DNA of 24,000 bases from Brevundimonas sp. (GTDB lineage: Bacteria > Pseudomonadota > Alphaproteobacteria > Caulobacterales > Caulobacteraceae). This document shows, one piece after another, positions 22,863-24,000 of the stretch. Both the position numbers and the translations under genes were made by a program. The stretch is from the NCBI RefSeq assembly GCF_041648115.1, contig NZ_JBAZPR010000006.1, positions 1-24,000 of the forward strand, in the 5' to 3' direction. The notes beneath the pieces were generated by a model that was given only the letters and a program-made list of their open reading frames with translations, was not told the DNA's origin and did not search any database. The stretch's first letter is position 1, and every line of letters starts with the position of its first letter.

Positions 22863-24000
22863 GTGTCCAAGACGACCCGAACCGCCCTGCATTTCGGCGC
22901 TGTGGCCCTGTCGGCTTTTCTGCTGGCGAGCTGCGGCGGAAACGGCGAGGAAAAGAAGGACGAGAAGGCCGCAGGCGGTTCGCGCCAGACCGTCAGCGCC
23001 GCCACCGTCGTCCAGACCAATCTGAACCGCACCGTGACCGCATCGGGCACCGTCTCGGCCTGGGAAGAAGTGCCGGTGGCGGCCGAAACCGGCGGCCTGA
23101 CCGCCGTGGCGCGGTATGTAGACGAAGGCTCCTACGTCCGTCAGGGTCAGCCCCTGGTGCAGATGAACGACGTCCTGCTGCGCGCCCAACTGCGGCAACA
23201 GCAGGCCCAGGTGCAGCTGGCCGACGCCAATGCGGCGCGCGACGCATCCGCCCTGGATCGCGCCCAGCAGTTGAAGGAGCGCGGCTTCCTCAGCCAGGCG
23301 TCGCTGGACACGGCCCTGGCCAACCAGCGCGCCTCGACCGCCAGTCTGTCCGCCGCCCGCGCGGCCCTGTCCGAGACCCAGACGCGGCTCGACCAGTCCA
23401 CCATCCGCGCACCTGTCAGCGGCCTGATCATCAGCCGCAGCGTGACCAAGGGCCAGATCATCTCGGCCGGGACCGAACTGTTCCGCATGGTCCGCGACGG
23501 CCGGCTTGAGCTGGACGCCCAGGTGCCGGAGACCGAACTGGGCCTGATCCGCGCAGGACAGTCGGCGACCGTCACCTCCAGCGAGGCGGGCCAAACCACC
23601 GGCTCGGTCCGTATCGTCACGCCCGAGGTCAACGCCTCGACCCGTCTGGGCCTGGCGCGCATCTCCCTGGCGCCCGGCGCCCAGCTTCGCCCCGGCATGT
23701 TCGCCCGCGCCGACATCGCCGTCGGCGACCAGCCGGCGACCACCGTGCCGACCGGCGCGGTGCTGTATCGCGAGAACAAGCCCGGCGTCTTCGTCGTGAA
23801 CGGCGACAGCACGGTCCACTTCCAGCCGGTGACCGTTCTGTCGCGCACCGACGCCCAGACGGCGGTCAGCGGCGTCGCCGTCGGCGCCCGCGTGGCGGTG
23901 GACGGGGCCGGCTTCCTGAACGAAGGCGACCGCGTCAACGTCGCCCCCGCCGTTGTACGGGCCGTCGCCGCCCCTGCCCGGCCCGCCGCCCAGCCTGCGG
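22863..24000 (+). CDS. RND efflux periplasmic adaptor (MFP/HlyD family), lipoprotein; 3' end outside the window
   Basis: Absent from the ORF track because there is no stop in the window. GTG 22863 follows GAGGA. My translation is VSKTTRTALHFGAVALSAFLLASCGG (lipobox), ...TVSAWEEVPVAAETGGLTAV..., a coiled coil LRAQLRQQQAQVQLADANAARD...RAALSETQTRLDQSTIRAPVSGLIISRSVTKGQ, and ...RPGMFARADI. Confidence 0.88.
   Translation, partial: MSKTTRTALHFGAVALSAFLLASCGGNGEEKKDEKAAGGSRQTVSAATVVQTNLNRTVTASGTVSAWEEVPVAAETGGLTAVARYVDEGSYVRQGQPLVQMNDVLLRAQLRQQQAQVQLADANAARDASALDRAQQLKERGFLSQASLDTALANQRASTASLSAARAALSETQTRLDQSTIRAPVSGLIISRSVTKGQIISAGTELFRMVRDGRLELDAQVPETELGLIRAGQSATVTSSEAGQTTGSVRIVTPEVNASTRLGLARISLAPGAQLRPGMFARADIAVGDQPATTVPTGAVLYRENKPGVFVVNGDSTVHFQPVTVLSRTDAQTAVSGVAVGARVAVDGAGFLNEGDRVNVAPAVVRAVAAPARPAAQPA

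Overview
High-GC chromosomal segment, mostly above 65% G+C in the lines I counted. It reads like a Caulobacterales alphaproteobacterium (Caulobacter/Brevundimonas-like), based on an unmistakable ctrA, a fliI-fliJ operon, and GANTC and CtrA-type motifs. Core content from left to right: a cytoplasmic PAS-MCP (-); fliI-fliJ (+); an inverted pair of REP-like hairpins; a Tat/lipoprotein GH10 xylanase (+); two tandem paralogous small secreted His/Arg-rich proteins (-) divergent from an OmpR/EnvZ-type two-component system (+); a class-C-like serine hydrolase (+); an orphan 128-aa gene boxed in by two bidirectional terminators (-); ctrA (-); a divergent, translationally coupled pair of a DnaA-domain-IV-like HTH protein and a DUF6456-like protein (+); secreted and membrane hypotheticals; sufE (-); a DivJ/PleC-family histidine kinase (+); a DUF1491 gene (+); lepA (-); and the start of an RND efflux adaptor (+). 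Two small AT-richer accessory insertions stand out. (i) At about 15.9-17.3 kb there is a lipoprotein gene plus an SdpR/SdpI-like cassette, and the cassette is bracketed by a decayed 78-bp duplicate of the 3' end of the neighbouring gene. (ii) At 18.6-20.9 kb there is a 2.3-kb island with a C5-methyltransferase and a PD-ExK nuclease-like gene (type II R-M-like), set flush against lepA. I saw no rRNA, tRNA, CRISPR array, transposase or integrase. All family calls come from motif recognition by eye and no database search was run. Many long ORFs in the track are GC-driven shadow frames and are rejected.
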